This document shows, piece by piece, positions 51,974 to 60,279 of a stretch of 64,000 nucleotides of DNA. The DNA is from Candidatus Omnitrophota bacterium (lineage in GTDB: Bacteria > Omnitrophota > Gorgyraeia > S143-82): the NCBI GenBank assembly GCA_015494585.1, contig WGAY01000064.1:16976-80975 (forward strand), given 5' to 3'. Below the pieces are notes generated by a model, which saw only the letters and a program-made list of their open reading frames with translations, made no database searches and was not told where the DNA came from. Both the position numbers and the translations under genes were made by a program. Within the stretch, counting starts at the first letter, position 1. Each line of letters begins with the position of its first letter.

Positions 51974-52189
51974 AAACTAAAAGCTCAAAACGCAAAACTA
52001 AAAACACAACTCAAAGCTCAAAACTATTTTTTAACATGGGATACAAAGAAAGCGGAGTTAAGGGAGGCAAAATCGGAGTGCAAGAATTGGCAGCTCAGCT
52101 GACGATGAAGAGAAGAGAAAGAAAGGATAAAATAAAGAGATTTAAATTTTAAGCTGTGGATTTGACTTTTGAGATTTTAGATTTGAGTT
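51974..52189. repeat. Element with heptamer-periodic imperfect inverted arms (51974-52026 and 52141-52189) around a ~115-nt core
   Basis: Left arm AAACTAA AAGCTCA AAACGCA AAACTAA AAACACA ACTCA AAGCTCA AAACTA. Reverse complement of right arm AACTCAA ATCTAAA ATCTCAA AAGTCAA ATCCACA GCTTAAA ATTTAAA. The two align unit by unit. Confidence 0.75.
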
Positions 52190-52282
52190 ATATTTGGATA
52201 AGAAAAGAGATGGTTGATTAAACAAGCGATGGAAGATAAAGGATTCTAACGTATAATTCGGAATAAATTATTAGGTTAAATA

Positions 52283-53059
52283 GTGAATATAAAACGATTA
52301 TTAATCTATTCCTTTGTTATTCTATTTCTGGGGATTACGTTGCGCTTGGTTATGCCTTCATTTCTAAGCGGCCTTTCCTCGCCTATGGGTTCTATAAGAA
52401 GGGCGAGTAATCTAGTATTGGGACTGTTGCATTACCCCCGGATATATAAGGAATATCAAAGACTCCTTGCTAAGGATAGAGAGATTAGTTTTTACGAGAA
52501 TTACAATCAGTCCTTAAAGGAGGAAAATAAACGCCTAAGGGCCATGCTCAATATGCCGCCGACCGCTGGTTTTGATTACATATTCGCCGATGTTATCGCA
52601 AGTCCCTTATCTGGTAAAGGAGACTTTTTTTATATAGATGCAGGTAAGGATAAGGGGGTAAGGGTTGGAATGGGGGTTATCTTGTCTGGCTATGTTGTTG
52701 CTGGCAGGGTGGTCGAGGTGAGAAAACATATTTCGAAGGTATCGTTTTTATGGAATGTAAATTTTTCCTGTGCTGCCATGGATGAGTTTTCTAAAGAAGA
52801 AGGAGTGGTCGTTGGCGGCAGGCCTGTGCGTCTTAGGTTTCTGAGTCAGAAGAGCCATGTAGAGGTAGGTGATGTAGTAAGGACATCTGTATTGAGTCTA
52901 TTTTTTCCGCCGGGATCGCTTATAGGTGAAATTGTAGGTTTTAAGTGCAAGCCAGGACAAGTGGAGTGTTTTGCGGAGATTCGTCCGTGTATAGAAGGAA
53001 TGTCTATTTATCAGGTTATAGTACTGTCTCCCAGAAGAGATACGGGTTTATTAGAATAA
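52283..53059 (+). CDS. mreC: Rod shape protein MreC
   Basis: TM anchor, LKEENKRLRAMLN coil, IDAGKDKGVRVGMGV, VGDVVRTS...FPPG. Confidence 0.9.
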   Translation: MNIKRLLIYSFVILFLGITLRLVMPSFLSGLSSPMGSIRRASNLVLGLLHYPRIYKEYQRLLAKDREISFYENYNQSLKEENKRLRAMLNMPPTAGFDYIFADVIASPLSGKGDFFYIDAGKDKGVRVGMGVILSGYVVAGRVVEVRKHISKVSFLWNVNFSCAAMDEFSKEEGVVVGGRPVRLRFLSQKSHVEVGDVVRTSVLSLFFPPGSLIGEIVGFKCKPGQVECFAEIRPCIEGMSIYQVIVLSPRRDTGLLE

Positions 53060-53397
53060 TCCTTTTATTTTGCCTCTTTCTCTTTGATATCTCTTCAGGG
53101 ATGCCCATATCTTTTTCTTTTCTATATGCTACTTTAATATCTGATTTTTGGTTGATAATCTTATGGGCGTTACTGTGTGATGCATTTGTGGGAGGTTTCC
53201 CTGTTTATCTGCCTATAGGATTGTTAATATCCCTTGTTGTTTGTAAGGTAAAAAAGATCTGGATAAGATTTATTTCCCTGACTATTTTGCTATGGGTGGT
53301 TTCTCCAATGTCTATGATGCCGTCAGGTTGGGGTTTGGCGCTGACTCTCTTTATATATGGGGCTTGGTCAGTCTATGGACAAGATATTGAGAATTAA
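52987..53397 (+). CDS. mreD: Hydrophobic membrane protein in the mreD position (divergent MreD)
   Basis: Multi-TM ORF between mreC and mrdA. Start uncertain: GTG 52987 has a GGAG upstream, while the ORF track gives 52945. Confidence 0.55.
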   Translation: MYRRNVYLSGYSTVSQKRYGFIRIILLFCLFLFDISSGMPISFSFLYATLISDFWLIILWALLCDAFVGGFPVYLPIGLLISLVVCKVKKIWIRFISLTILLWVVSPMSMMPSGWGLALTLFIYGAWSVYGQDIEN

Positions 53398-55099
53398 CAT
53401 ACTACGCTGGACAATAGTTGGGATGTGGTTTTTATTGTCTATGGGCCTGTTTCATTTACAGGTTTTGCGTTGGCAGTATTACTATAAAAAGAGCCAGGAG
53501 AACTTTGTCAGAATGATTCCTTTGCCTGCACCCCGTGGGGATATTCTCGATAGAAAGATGCGCGTGCTGGCCTATAATACCCTTGCCTTTGATGTTGCGA
53601 TAAACCCACAAGCAAAGGATAGGGAGATCGCTTTTAAGGTCCTGGCGCGCTTATTGGATATTTCCATAGATAAACTCAAAAAAGAATATAAAAAAAATTA
53701 TCTTGCTCCCTTTATTCCGGTAGTAATCTATAGAGACATACCCAAAAAGCTTGCCCTAAAAATAGAGGAGTTGAGGTTTGTTTATCCTCAGATAACTGTT
53801 TTGATAAGACCCAAAAGGGTCTATCCCTGGGGAGAGGTTGTTTCACATGTACTGGGATATGTACGACCTATAGATAAACAGCGCCTGCGTCTTTTGAAAA
53901 AATACGGCTACTCCAGGCGCGATGAGGTGGGCTACACCGGAGTAGAGGAGGAGTATGACCCTTATTTGAAGGGCCGTCCTGGGCTGGTAAAGATTGCAGT
54001 AGATAGTCGCGGAAGAAAAGTAGAATTGTTATCCGAGAAGCTGCCTGAAAAAGGGCAAAGCCTTGTATTGACGATAGACAAGGATATCCAGGAGATTGTG
54101 TTCAATCACCTAAAAGGCCATAATGGCAGTGTAATTATGATGGACCCTTTTTCGGGTGAGGTCCTGGCAATGGTGAACTGGCCTTCCTATGATAATAACC
54201 TGTTCCTATCTGGCAGCGACAATCAGAAAAAGACGGCCATCCTCAAGGACCAATCCTTTCCCTTGCTTAACCGTGCTATGGCTGGTCTTTATCCGCCTGG
54301 TTCAACCTTTAAGATACTGATGGCCGCGGCCGCACTTGATTCTGGCATCATTAACATTAATACGAGATTTTACTGCCCCGGATTTGTTAAATTGGGTGGA
54401 GTGCGGTTTGGGTGTGTGCATATTCATAAAGATGAGAATGTAATTGAGGCGCTTGCCCATTCCTGTAATGTCTTTTTTTATAATCTTGGTGTCAAGCTTG
54501 GTGTGGATAATATCGATCTATATGCGGAGCGCCTTGGTGTGGGAAGAAAGACGGAAATAGACCTGCCAGGTGAAAAGAATGGCCTGTTGCCAGGGAGGAG
54601 ATGGAAGCAACAGACCCTGCATCAAGGCTGGTTTGAGGGTGATACCCTCAATCTCTCTATTGGTCAAGGGTATCTATTAATGACCCCGATCCAGGTCCTT
54701 ATGCTGGGTGCAGTGGTTGCCAATGGGGGATTTATAGTAAGACCTTTTGTAGTCAAATATTCAGGAGATTACGAAGTAAATTACACTAGCAAAAAAGACA
54801 CAGGTATTCCTAGAGAGGTTTGGAAAATAGTTGAAAACGGTCTGGAATCTGCCGTATCCTTTTCGGATGGCACGGCGCACATTTTGTCTTCCATAGATGG
54901 GGTGCGGGTGGCTGGTAAGACAGGTACTGCGCAGAGTAAGCCTGGTAGGCCTGCCCATGGGTGGTTCGTCGGATTTTTCCCGGTAGAACGGCCTAAGTAT
55001 GCCGTGGTCATATTTTTGGAATACGGAAAGAGTAGTTATTATGCCTGTGAGCTTTTGAAAGAAATAATAGAAGAGATGGTGACTAAGGGATTAGTTTAG
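53375..55099 (+). CDS. mrdA: Penicillin-binding protein 2
   Basis: APRGDILDR, YPPGSTFK (SxxK), SCN (SxN), GKTGTAQ (KTG). Confidence 0.95.
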   Translation: MDKILRINILRWTIVGMWFLLSMGLFHLQVLRWQYYYKKSQENFVRMIPLPAPRGDILDRKMRVLAYNTLAFDVAINPQAKDREIAFKVLARLLDISIDKLKKEYKKNYLAPFIPVVIYRDIPKKLALKIEELRFVYPQITVLIRPKRVYPWGEVVSHVLGYVRPIDKQRLRLLKKYGYSRRDEVGYTGVEEEYDPYLKGRPGLVKIAVDSRGRKVELLSEKLPEKGQSLVLTIDKDIQEIVFNHLKGHNGSVIMMDPFSGEVLAMVNWPSYDNNLFLSGSDNQKKTAILKDQSFPLLNRAMAGLYPPGSTFKILMAAAALDSGIININTRFYCPGFVKLGGVRFGCVHIHKDENVIEALAHSCNVFFYNLGVKLGVDNIDLYAERLGVGRKTEIDLPGEKNGLLPGRRWKQQTLHQGWFEGDTLNLSIGQGYLLMTPIQVLMLGAVVANGGFIVRPFVVKYSGDYEVNYTSKKDTGIPREVWKIVENGLESAVSFSDGTAHILSSIDGVRVAGKTGTAQSKPGRPAHGWFVGFFPVERPKYAVVIFLEYGKSSYYACELLKEIIEEMVTKGLV

Positions 55100-55288
55100 A
55101 CAGCACTTTATTTGAAGAGGAAATGTGAGGCTGATAGTATATTTCTTTTTTCCTTTGTTCCTTGATATAATGGCTAGAGGAAAATGTTAAGGTATCGAGG
55201 GATTGAGGAAGAAGATAATTTGGAGGTTAGATCATAGAAAGGCTATATCTGTGTAAAGAGGATTTGCATAATCTGAGGTGAAACGAGG

Positions 55289-55322
55289 TTAGGCTATAAA
55301 TATACTTAGGCTATAAATATAC
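55289..55322. repeat. Exact 17-bp tandem duplication upstream of the NIF3-like gene
   Basis: TTAGGCTATAAATATAC x2 (55289-55305 and 55306-55322). Confidence 0.9.
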
Positions 55323-55341
55323 AAAGAAAGGAGATGTAGAT

Positions 55342-56301
55342 ATGAGGCTTAGGCAACTATACGATAAGGTGATAGAGATAGGGATTGAACATGATCCAAG
55401 GGATGGGGATAGCATTGAGGCAGTGATGGCCAGGTGGGAGAAGGCCTATAGCCAGTTGTCTGATAAAGAAAAGGAATTTTTTGATAAGGAATTATTAAGG
55501 CATCCATTTGCGGATACCCGCATACTCAATGGTACCGGAGAGGAGGAGATAGAATCGGTCTTTGTCGGGATAGATATCGATGTCTCTGAGGTCGTATTGG
55601 TGGATAGAATGAGGGAGAAGGGCGAAAGGATAGACGCGCTAATATCCCACCACCCATCGGCTCGAGCCTGGGCCCAGTTTTACGAGGTGATGGATATGCA
55701 GACCGATATATTAGAGCACCTTGGTGTCAATCCTGTTGTCTCTGAAAAGTTGCTTCAGGAGCGCAAGGCCCAGGTTAAGAGGAAGGTAATGCCTGCCAAT
55801 CATTTTCGAGGTATCTCAGCGGCTCAGATACTGCAGATCCCCTGGATGTGTGCCCATACCCCGGCAGACAACTGTGTCTACGACTATCTAAAAGAATTGT
55901 TCGAAAGGCAGGCGCCTCGCAGCGTGGGCGATATCATAGATATACTCTATGAGATTCCAGAATATCAGGAAGGCGCCAGGCGCGGAAGCCCTCCAGTTAT
56001 ATTACTGGGGAATAAATCTAACCGGGCAGGCAAAGTCGCCCTTGAAATGACTGGCGGGACAGAGCCCTCAGTTGAAAATTATCAGTATCTTGCTCAGTCT
56101 GGAACCGGAACTATTGTCGGTATGCACTTCAGTGAAGAGCACTATAAAAAGGCAAAGGAGGCCCGTCTGAACCTTATCGTTGCCGGGCATATGGCAAGTG
56201 ATACCCTTGGGATGAACCTGCTCCTAGACGAGATAGAGGCATCGCTTGGCCACTTGAATATCCTATCAGGCTCAGGATTCTACAGGATAAGCCATAGGTA
56301 G
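55342..56301 (+). CDS. NIF3-like (NGG1p-interacting factor 3) metal-binding protein
   Basis: ISHHP, HTPADN, MTGGTE, GMH, IVAGHMASDTLG motifs. Confidence 0.8.
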   Translation: MRLRQLYDKVIEIGIEHDPRDGDSIEAVMARWEKAYSQLSDKEKEFFDKELLRHPFADTRILNGTGEEEIESVFVGIDIDVSEVVLVDRMREKGERIDALISHHPSARAWAQFYEVMDMQTDILEHLGVNPVVSEKLLQERKAQVKRKVMPANHFRGISAAQILQIPWMCAHTPADNCVYDYLKELFERQAPRSVGDIIDILYEIPEYQEGARRGSPPVILLGNKSNRAGKVALEMTGGTEPSVENYQYLAQSGTGTIVGMHFSEEHYKKAKEARLNLIVAGHMASDTLGMNLLLDEIEASLGHLNILSGSGFYRISHR

Positions 56302-56331
56302 TGATTGCTTACAGGCATAAGGGGTAATTTT

Positions 56332-57210
56332 ATGCGCATAACTGTACTGGGGGCCGATGGCCAGCTCGGGACGGATGTCCTTGATTTGCTTTCGAAGGAT
56401 TTGCCTGTCAACGGCCTTACAAGAGAGGACTTTGATGCCACTGATAGGGATGTCTTTAGACAGCTGAGGCCGCTTTTGGAGAATAGCGATATAGTGATAA
56501 ACTGTGTCGCCTATACGGATGTCGACAGGGCAGAAGAGGAGGAGGCCCTGGCCTATAGGCTAAATGCAGAATTCCCTAAGGGTCTGGCAAAAATATTGGG
56601 GAGCTCTAATAAGCTATTATTTCACATAAGCACTGATTATGTCTTTTCAGGACGTTTGGGGCGGCCTTATAGAGAAGATGATACTCCTGATCCGATCAAT
56701 GTTTACGGGAAGACAAAGCTGGCAGGTGAAAGGGCCGTCTTGAGCTTATGTCCCAGACACTTTATATTTAGGACGGCTGGTTTGTTTGGTAAGGCAGGGC
56801 CAAGCGGCAAATCAGGCAATTTTATAGACACGATAATAAAGCTCGCCAGAGAAAGGGCTTTGCTAAAGGTCGTTGATGATCAGCTAACCAGTCCCACCCA
56901 TACCTTGGATGTGGCCAGGGCAATAAAAGTCTTTATTGAAAAGGGTGTTGGAGAATACGGAATATTTAATGTGGTAAGCAGTGGATATTGTTCGTGGTAT
57001 AAATTAGCGAATTATATTGTGCAGCGGCTTGGCATAGAGACGCAGGTTGTTCCGGTCTCTTCGGACGAGTTTCCCAGACCAGCAGCCAGACCGAAGTTTT
57101 CTGCCCTTGATAATTCGAAGGTATCGAAATGGTATAATATGCCTTACTGGCAGGATGCAGTAGAGGAGTATCTCAGGATAAAGATGTTGCTGCCGAAAGG
57201 AGAGAGATAG
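56332..57210 (+). CDS. rfbD: dTDP-4-dehydrorhamnose reductase
   Basis: GADGQLG, AYTDVDRAE, HISTDYVF, YGKTK, VVDDQ..SPT, PAARPKFSAL. Confidence 0.93.
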   Translation: MRITVLGADGQLGTDVLDLLSKDLPVNGLTREDFDATDRDVFRQLRPLLENSDIVINCVAYTDVDRAEEEEALAYRLNAEFPKGLAKILGSSNKLLFHISTDYVFSGRLGRPYREDDTPDPINVYGKTKLAGERAVLSLCPRHFIFRTAGLFGKAGPSGKSGNFIDTIIKLARERALLKVVDDQLTSPTHTLDVARAIKVFIEKGVGEYGIFNVVSSGYCSWYKLANYIVQRLGIETQVVPVSSDEFPRPAARPKFSALDNSKVSKWYNMPYWQDAVEEYLRIKMLLPKGER

Positions 57211-58016
57211 TGCCGGAGCTGCCTGAAGTAGAAATAATAGTAAGACGTATAAGGAAGGTATTTCTAGGATCGGTTGTCTCTGATATTGTTTTGCCTTCTA
57301 AAAGGGCTATATCTTCAATGGGCAAGTTGCGTCAGAGACTAGTGGGCCAGAGGTTAGAAGATGTCTTAAGACGAGGCAAGGCGATGGTCTTGAAGATAGG
57401 CCAGGGTTTTCTCATCGTCCACCTGCGTTTGAATGGTCAGGTCTGCATTGTACGTGATATGCCCAGATATTGCATCTTTGGGATGTTGTTTGAGGAAAAG
57501 GAGTATAATCTCTATATATGTGATTTTCGAGGCCTTGCCCAGGTAAAGTGGGTCGAAGACATCGATGAGGAGGAATTTATTAAGGGCCTTGGTCCGGATG
57601 TCCTCTATGACGATCTGCCCTTTGATTACTTCTATGATAGGCTCAAGAGGAATAGAGGGAGTATAAAGACCCTGCTTATGGATCAGCGTTTTATCTCGGG
57701 TATAGGGAATATCTACGCAGTCGAGGCCTTGTTTCGGGCAGGTATATCGCCACATAGGCCGGCCTCTTCTCTGTCTCGAGAAGAAGCAAAGAGGCTGCAT
57801 AGGGCCGTAAAGGAGGTAATTTCCTTGGCCGTAAAGAGGGCAGCAGTCCCTGAAAAGTACCTCAAGGACGATTCGCATAGTCCTGCAAAGAAGGCCTCCT
57901 GGGAGTTCTTCGTATATGGCAGAGAAGGACAGGAATGCAGGGTTTGTGGTGGTAAGATAAAGAAGATGAAGATAGCAGGTAGAGGGACATACTTTTGTCC
58001 GAATTGTCAGGTATGA
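57210..58016 (+). CDS. mutM: Formamidopyrimidine-DNA glycosylase
   Basis: PELPEVE, RRGK, GIGNIYA, C-terminal CRVC...CPNCQ Zn finger. Confidence 0.93.
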   Translation: MPELPEVEIIVRRIRKVFLGSVVSDIVLPSKRAISSMGKLRQRLVGQRLEDVLRRGKAMVLKIGQGFLIVHLRLNGQVCIVRDMPRYCIFGMLFEEKEYNLYICDFRGLAQVKWVEDIDEEEFIKGLGPDVLYDDLPFDYFYDRLKRNRGSIKTLLMDQRFISGIGNIYAVEALFRAGISPHRPASSLSREEAKRLHRAVKEVISLAVKRAAVPEKYLKDDSHSPAKKASWEFFVYGREGQECRVCGGKIKKMKIAGRGTYFCPNCQV

Positions 58017-58017
58017 T

Positions 58018-59106
58018 ATGGATGGATTGTTCAGGATCATAGATGCCAATATCAATAGGGCGCAAGAGGGCCTCAGGGTAATTGAGGATTTCTATCGTTA
58101 CCGATTTGACGAGGAGGATAAAGAGGCCCATAAGAGGCTGCGCACCCTGCGTCACAGGTTCTCAGAGGTTGCAAGGTCCCTGACAGAGTCCTACCCACTC
58201 CTGAAAGAGAGGGATACGGATTCGGATGAGGGCAGGTCTAATAGCATTTCTTCCTATCGAGAGAAATCTGATCTGGTTTATGCCAATTTTCAGAGGGTTA
58301 AGCAGGCATTGCGGGTTATCGAGGAGGCTATGCGGCTTGTGCCTGATATAGGTGCCTCAGAGCTGGTGCGGGAGATTCGATTTCTTGTCTACGATTTGGA
58401 GAGAGAGCTGCTGGGGGCGGATATCGATAGCAGTGGCCTGGATAGGAGGGGATTGTTGCGCAAGACAGAGGGCACCGTTAGGCTATATCTTATATATGAT
58501 CTTGACCTACTTAAGGGGATGGGCGTTGAGAATAAGAGGCTGTATGGGTTTGCTAGGGAATTATTAGAGGCAGGAGTCGATATCCTTCAGCTCCGCTTTT
58601 CATCGGATATAGATGATGCCCTGGTACTGGATCTGGCGAAGGCGCTGGTGGCTATGACCGAGGGGACAGATAGGCTTATTTTCGTAAATAATCGTGCGGA
58701 TATAGCCAGGCTCTCTGCTGCGAACCTCCACATCGGCCAGAGGGACATTCCCCCTGCCGATGCAAGGAGGATAGTCTCTGAGACAACGCTGATAGGGCTT
58801 TCCTGTCATTCAGATGAAGAGATATTGAAGGCCCAGGAATTGCCTGTAGATTATTTTACTATTGGACCTATATTCAAAACGGCTACTAAACCGGATTACA
58901 AACCAGTAGGGATTAAGTTGGTGGAAAGGTGGCATAGATTAGAGAAACCCTTTGTCGTAATAGGTGGCATAACACTGGAAAATCTTTCCCCTATATTGGA
59001 GTTTGGTCCAATGGCAGTGTGCGTGTGCAGGGATATACTCTGCGCCGAGGATCCGCTTGTCAGGGTGAGGCAGTATAAGGCAGTGCTTTCCTCGATTGAA
59101 AAATAG
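58018..59106 (+). CDS. thiE: Thiamine-phosphate synthase with N-terminal ThiD2-type helical domain
   Basis: N-terminal RIIDANINRAQEGLRVIED...NFQRVKQALRVIEE; C-terminal QLR, HIGQRD, GPIFKTATK, IGGI. Confidence 0.88.
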   Translation: MDGLFRIIDANINRAQEGLRVIEDFYRYRFDEEDKEAHKRLRTLRHRFSEVARSLTESYPLLKERDTDSDEGRSNSISSYREKSDLVYANFQRVKQALRVIEEAMRLVPDIGASELVREIRFLVYDLERELLGADIDSSGLDRRGLLRKTEGTVRLYLIYDLDLLKGMGVENKRLYGFARELLEAGVDILQLRFSSDIDDALVLDLAKALVAMTEGTDRLIFVNNRADIARLSAANLHIGQRDIPPADARRIVSETTLIGLSCHSDEEILKAQELPVDYFTIGPIFKTATKPDYKPVGIKLVERWHRLEKPFVVIGGITLENLSPILEFGPMAVCVCRDILCAEDPLVRVRQYKAVLSSIEK

Positions 59107-59118
59107 TCTATTTTTTGT

Positions 59119-59146
59119 TTGACATCCAATGCCCTGTGTGTAAAAT
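59119..59146 (+). promoter_or_regulatory. Sigma70-type promoter for the mrp/mbx-like operon
   Basis: TTGACA (59119-59124), 16-nt spacer, TAAAAT (59141-59146). Confidence 0.65.
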
Positions 59147-59178
59147 AAGATAAATTTTCGGAGAGCAGGGGAACGTTT

Positions 59179-59511
59179 ATGGTGATTAAGTTTGTGATAT
59201 TTTTCCCAATCTACCTGATAGTCTTGCTCATAGAGATGCTAAGGGCAAATCTAGATGTAGCAATGCGGGTCATTAACCCTTCTCTGCCGATAAATCCCGG
59301 TATTGTTGAATTTAAGACAACATTAAAGTCCGATCTTTTGAAATTTATATTGGCAAATTCCATTACCCTGACGCCAGGTACGCTCACAATGGATGTGAAG
59401 GATAACTCTTTTTTCGTACACTGGATAGATGTAAAGGGGAATTCCGGAGATGACTATAGGCGTGCCATCTGTGGCAGGCTTGAGTCGATATTGAAGAGGA
59501 TAGAAGGATGA
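59179..59511 (+). CDS. Mrp antiporter subunit E-like (MbhA/MbxA), short
   Basis: ANLDVA, INPGIV, LANSITLTPGTLT, VHWI. Confidence 0.88.
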   Translation: MVIKFVIFFPIYLIVLLIEMLRANLDVAMRVINPSLPINPGIVEFKTTLKSDLLKFILANSITLTPGTLTMDVKDNSFFVHWIDVKGNSGDDYRRAICGRLESILKRIEG

Positions 59512-59747
59512 GTGCATTTCTGATAATAGTAACCATTGGCGTTGTGTTTGCTGGCCTGCGTTTTATTTTGGGGCCGCGGTTTTTCGATAGGATGGTGGCT
59601 GTAGATATCCTGACTACTATACTGGTATCAGCAATGGTGGTCCTGGCGGTTGTGCTGGGTGAGAGGATATTTCTGGATGTGGCGCTGGCGCTGGCAGCCG
59701 TGTCTTTTGTGGCGATGGTTGTGTTGGGAAGGTTTATCGAGGGATGA
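59508..59747 (+). CDS. Mrp subunit F-like (MbhB/MbxB)
   Basis: RFILGP..FDRMVAVD, FLDVAL. Confidence 0.87.
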   Translation: MSAFLIIVTIGVVFAGLRFILGPRFFDRMVAVDILTTILVSAMVVLAVVLGERIFLDVALALAAVSFVAMVVLGRFIEG

Positions 59748-60055
59748 ATACGATAGGTAATGTGTTGATTATCATAGGCGGCCTATTTATGGCGCTTTCT
59801 GGTTTGGGGATACTTCGTATGCCAGATGTCTACAACCGCCTTCAGGCTGGTACGAAGGCCTCTACCCTGGGTGCGATATGTACGGTTGTTGGGGTTATGT
59901 TTTTGAGGCCAGGGTGGTGGCTGGAGTTGCTGGTGGTGCTTATTTTGCTTTTGTTGGGCGCGCCAGTGGCATCTTCGGTATTGGCTAGGGCGGTCCACTC
60001 AGAGACCGACTACAAAGCAGTGCTGGTAAAAGATGATCTAAAGGAGAAGGAATAA
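59744..60055 (+). CDS. Mrp subunit G-like (MbhC/MbxC)
   Basis: GILRMPDVYNRLQAGTKASTLG. Confidence 0.9.
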   Translation: MNTIGNVLIIIGGLFMALSGLGILRMPDVYNRLQAGTKASTLGAICTVVGVMFLRPGWWLELLVVLILLLLGAPVASSVLARAVHSETDYKAVLVKDDLKEKE

Positions 60056-60279
60056 TGCCTTATCTGGATGTAGTGGTGATAGTGTTAACGGGTATCTTTG
60101 CAGGGATAGCGGTCCTCTCAACGAGCCGCATTACTGCTGTGCTTTCCCTGGCGGTAATGAGCATAGGGTTGACCGCCAGCTTCTATCTCCTGCAGGCCCC
60201 TGATGTGGCTATGGCCGAGGCAGTAGTAGGGGCAGGGCTCTCTACGGGTCTGTTTTTATTTGCTATAAGGAGACTGTGA
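60055..60279 (+). CDS. MbhD/DUF4040-like small membrane subunit
   Basis: LQAPDVAMAEAVVGAG. Confidence 0.85.
   Translation: MPYLDVVVIVLTGIFAGIAVLSTSRITAVLSLAVMSIGLTASFYLLQAPDVAMAEAVVGAGLSTGLFLFAIRRL

Noticed and set aside
51974-52189. CRISPR array or classical IS
   Set aside because: Units are 7 nt, degenerate and have no spacers; no cas or transposase gene and no clear target duplication.
55184-55237. 17-aa ORF MLRYRGIEEEDNLEVRS in the mrdA-NIF3 gap
   Set aside because: RBS-like GAGGA is too close to the ATG and the peptide has no features; ORFs this short are expected by chance.
57366-58055. 229-aa minus-strand ORF
   Set aside because: Antisense to mutM and the thiE start, with no motif; a shadow ORF.
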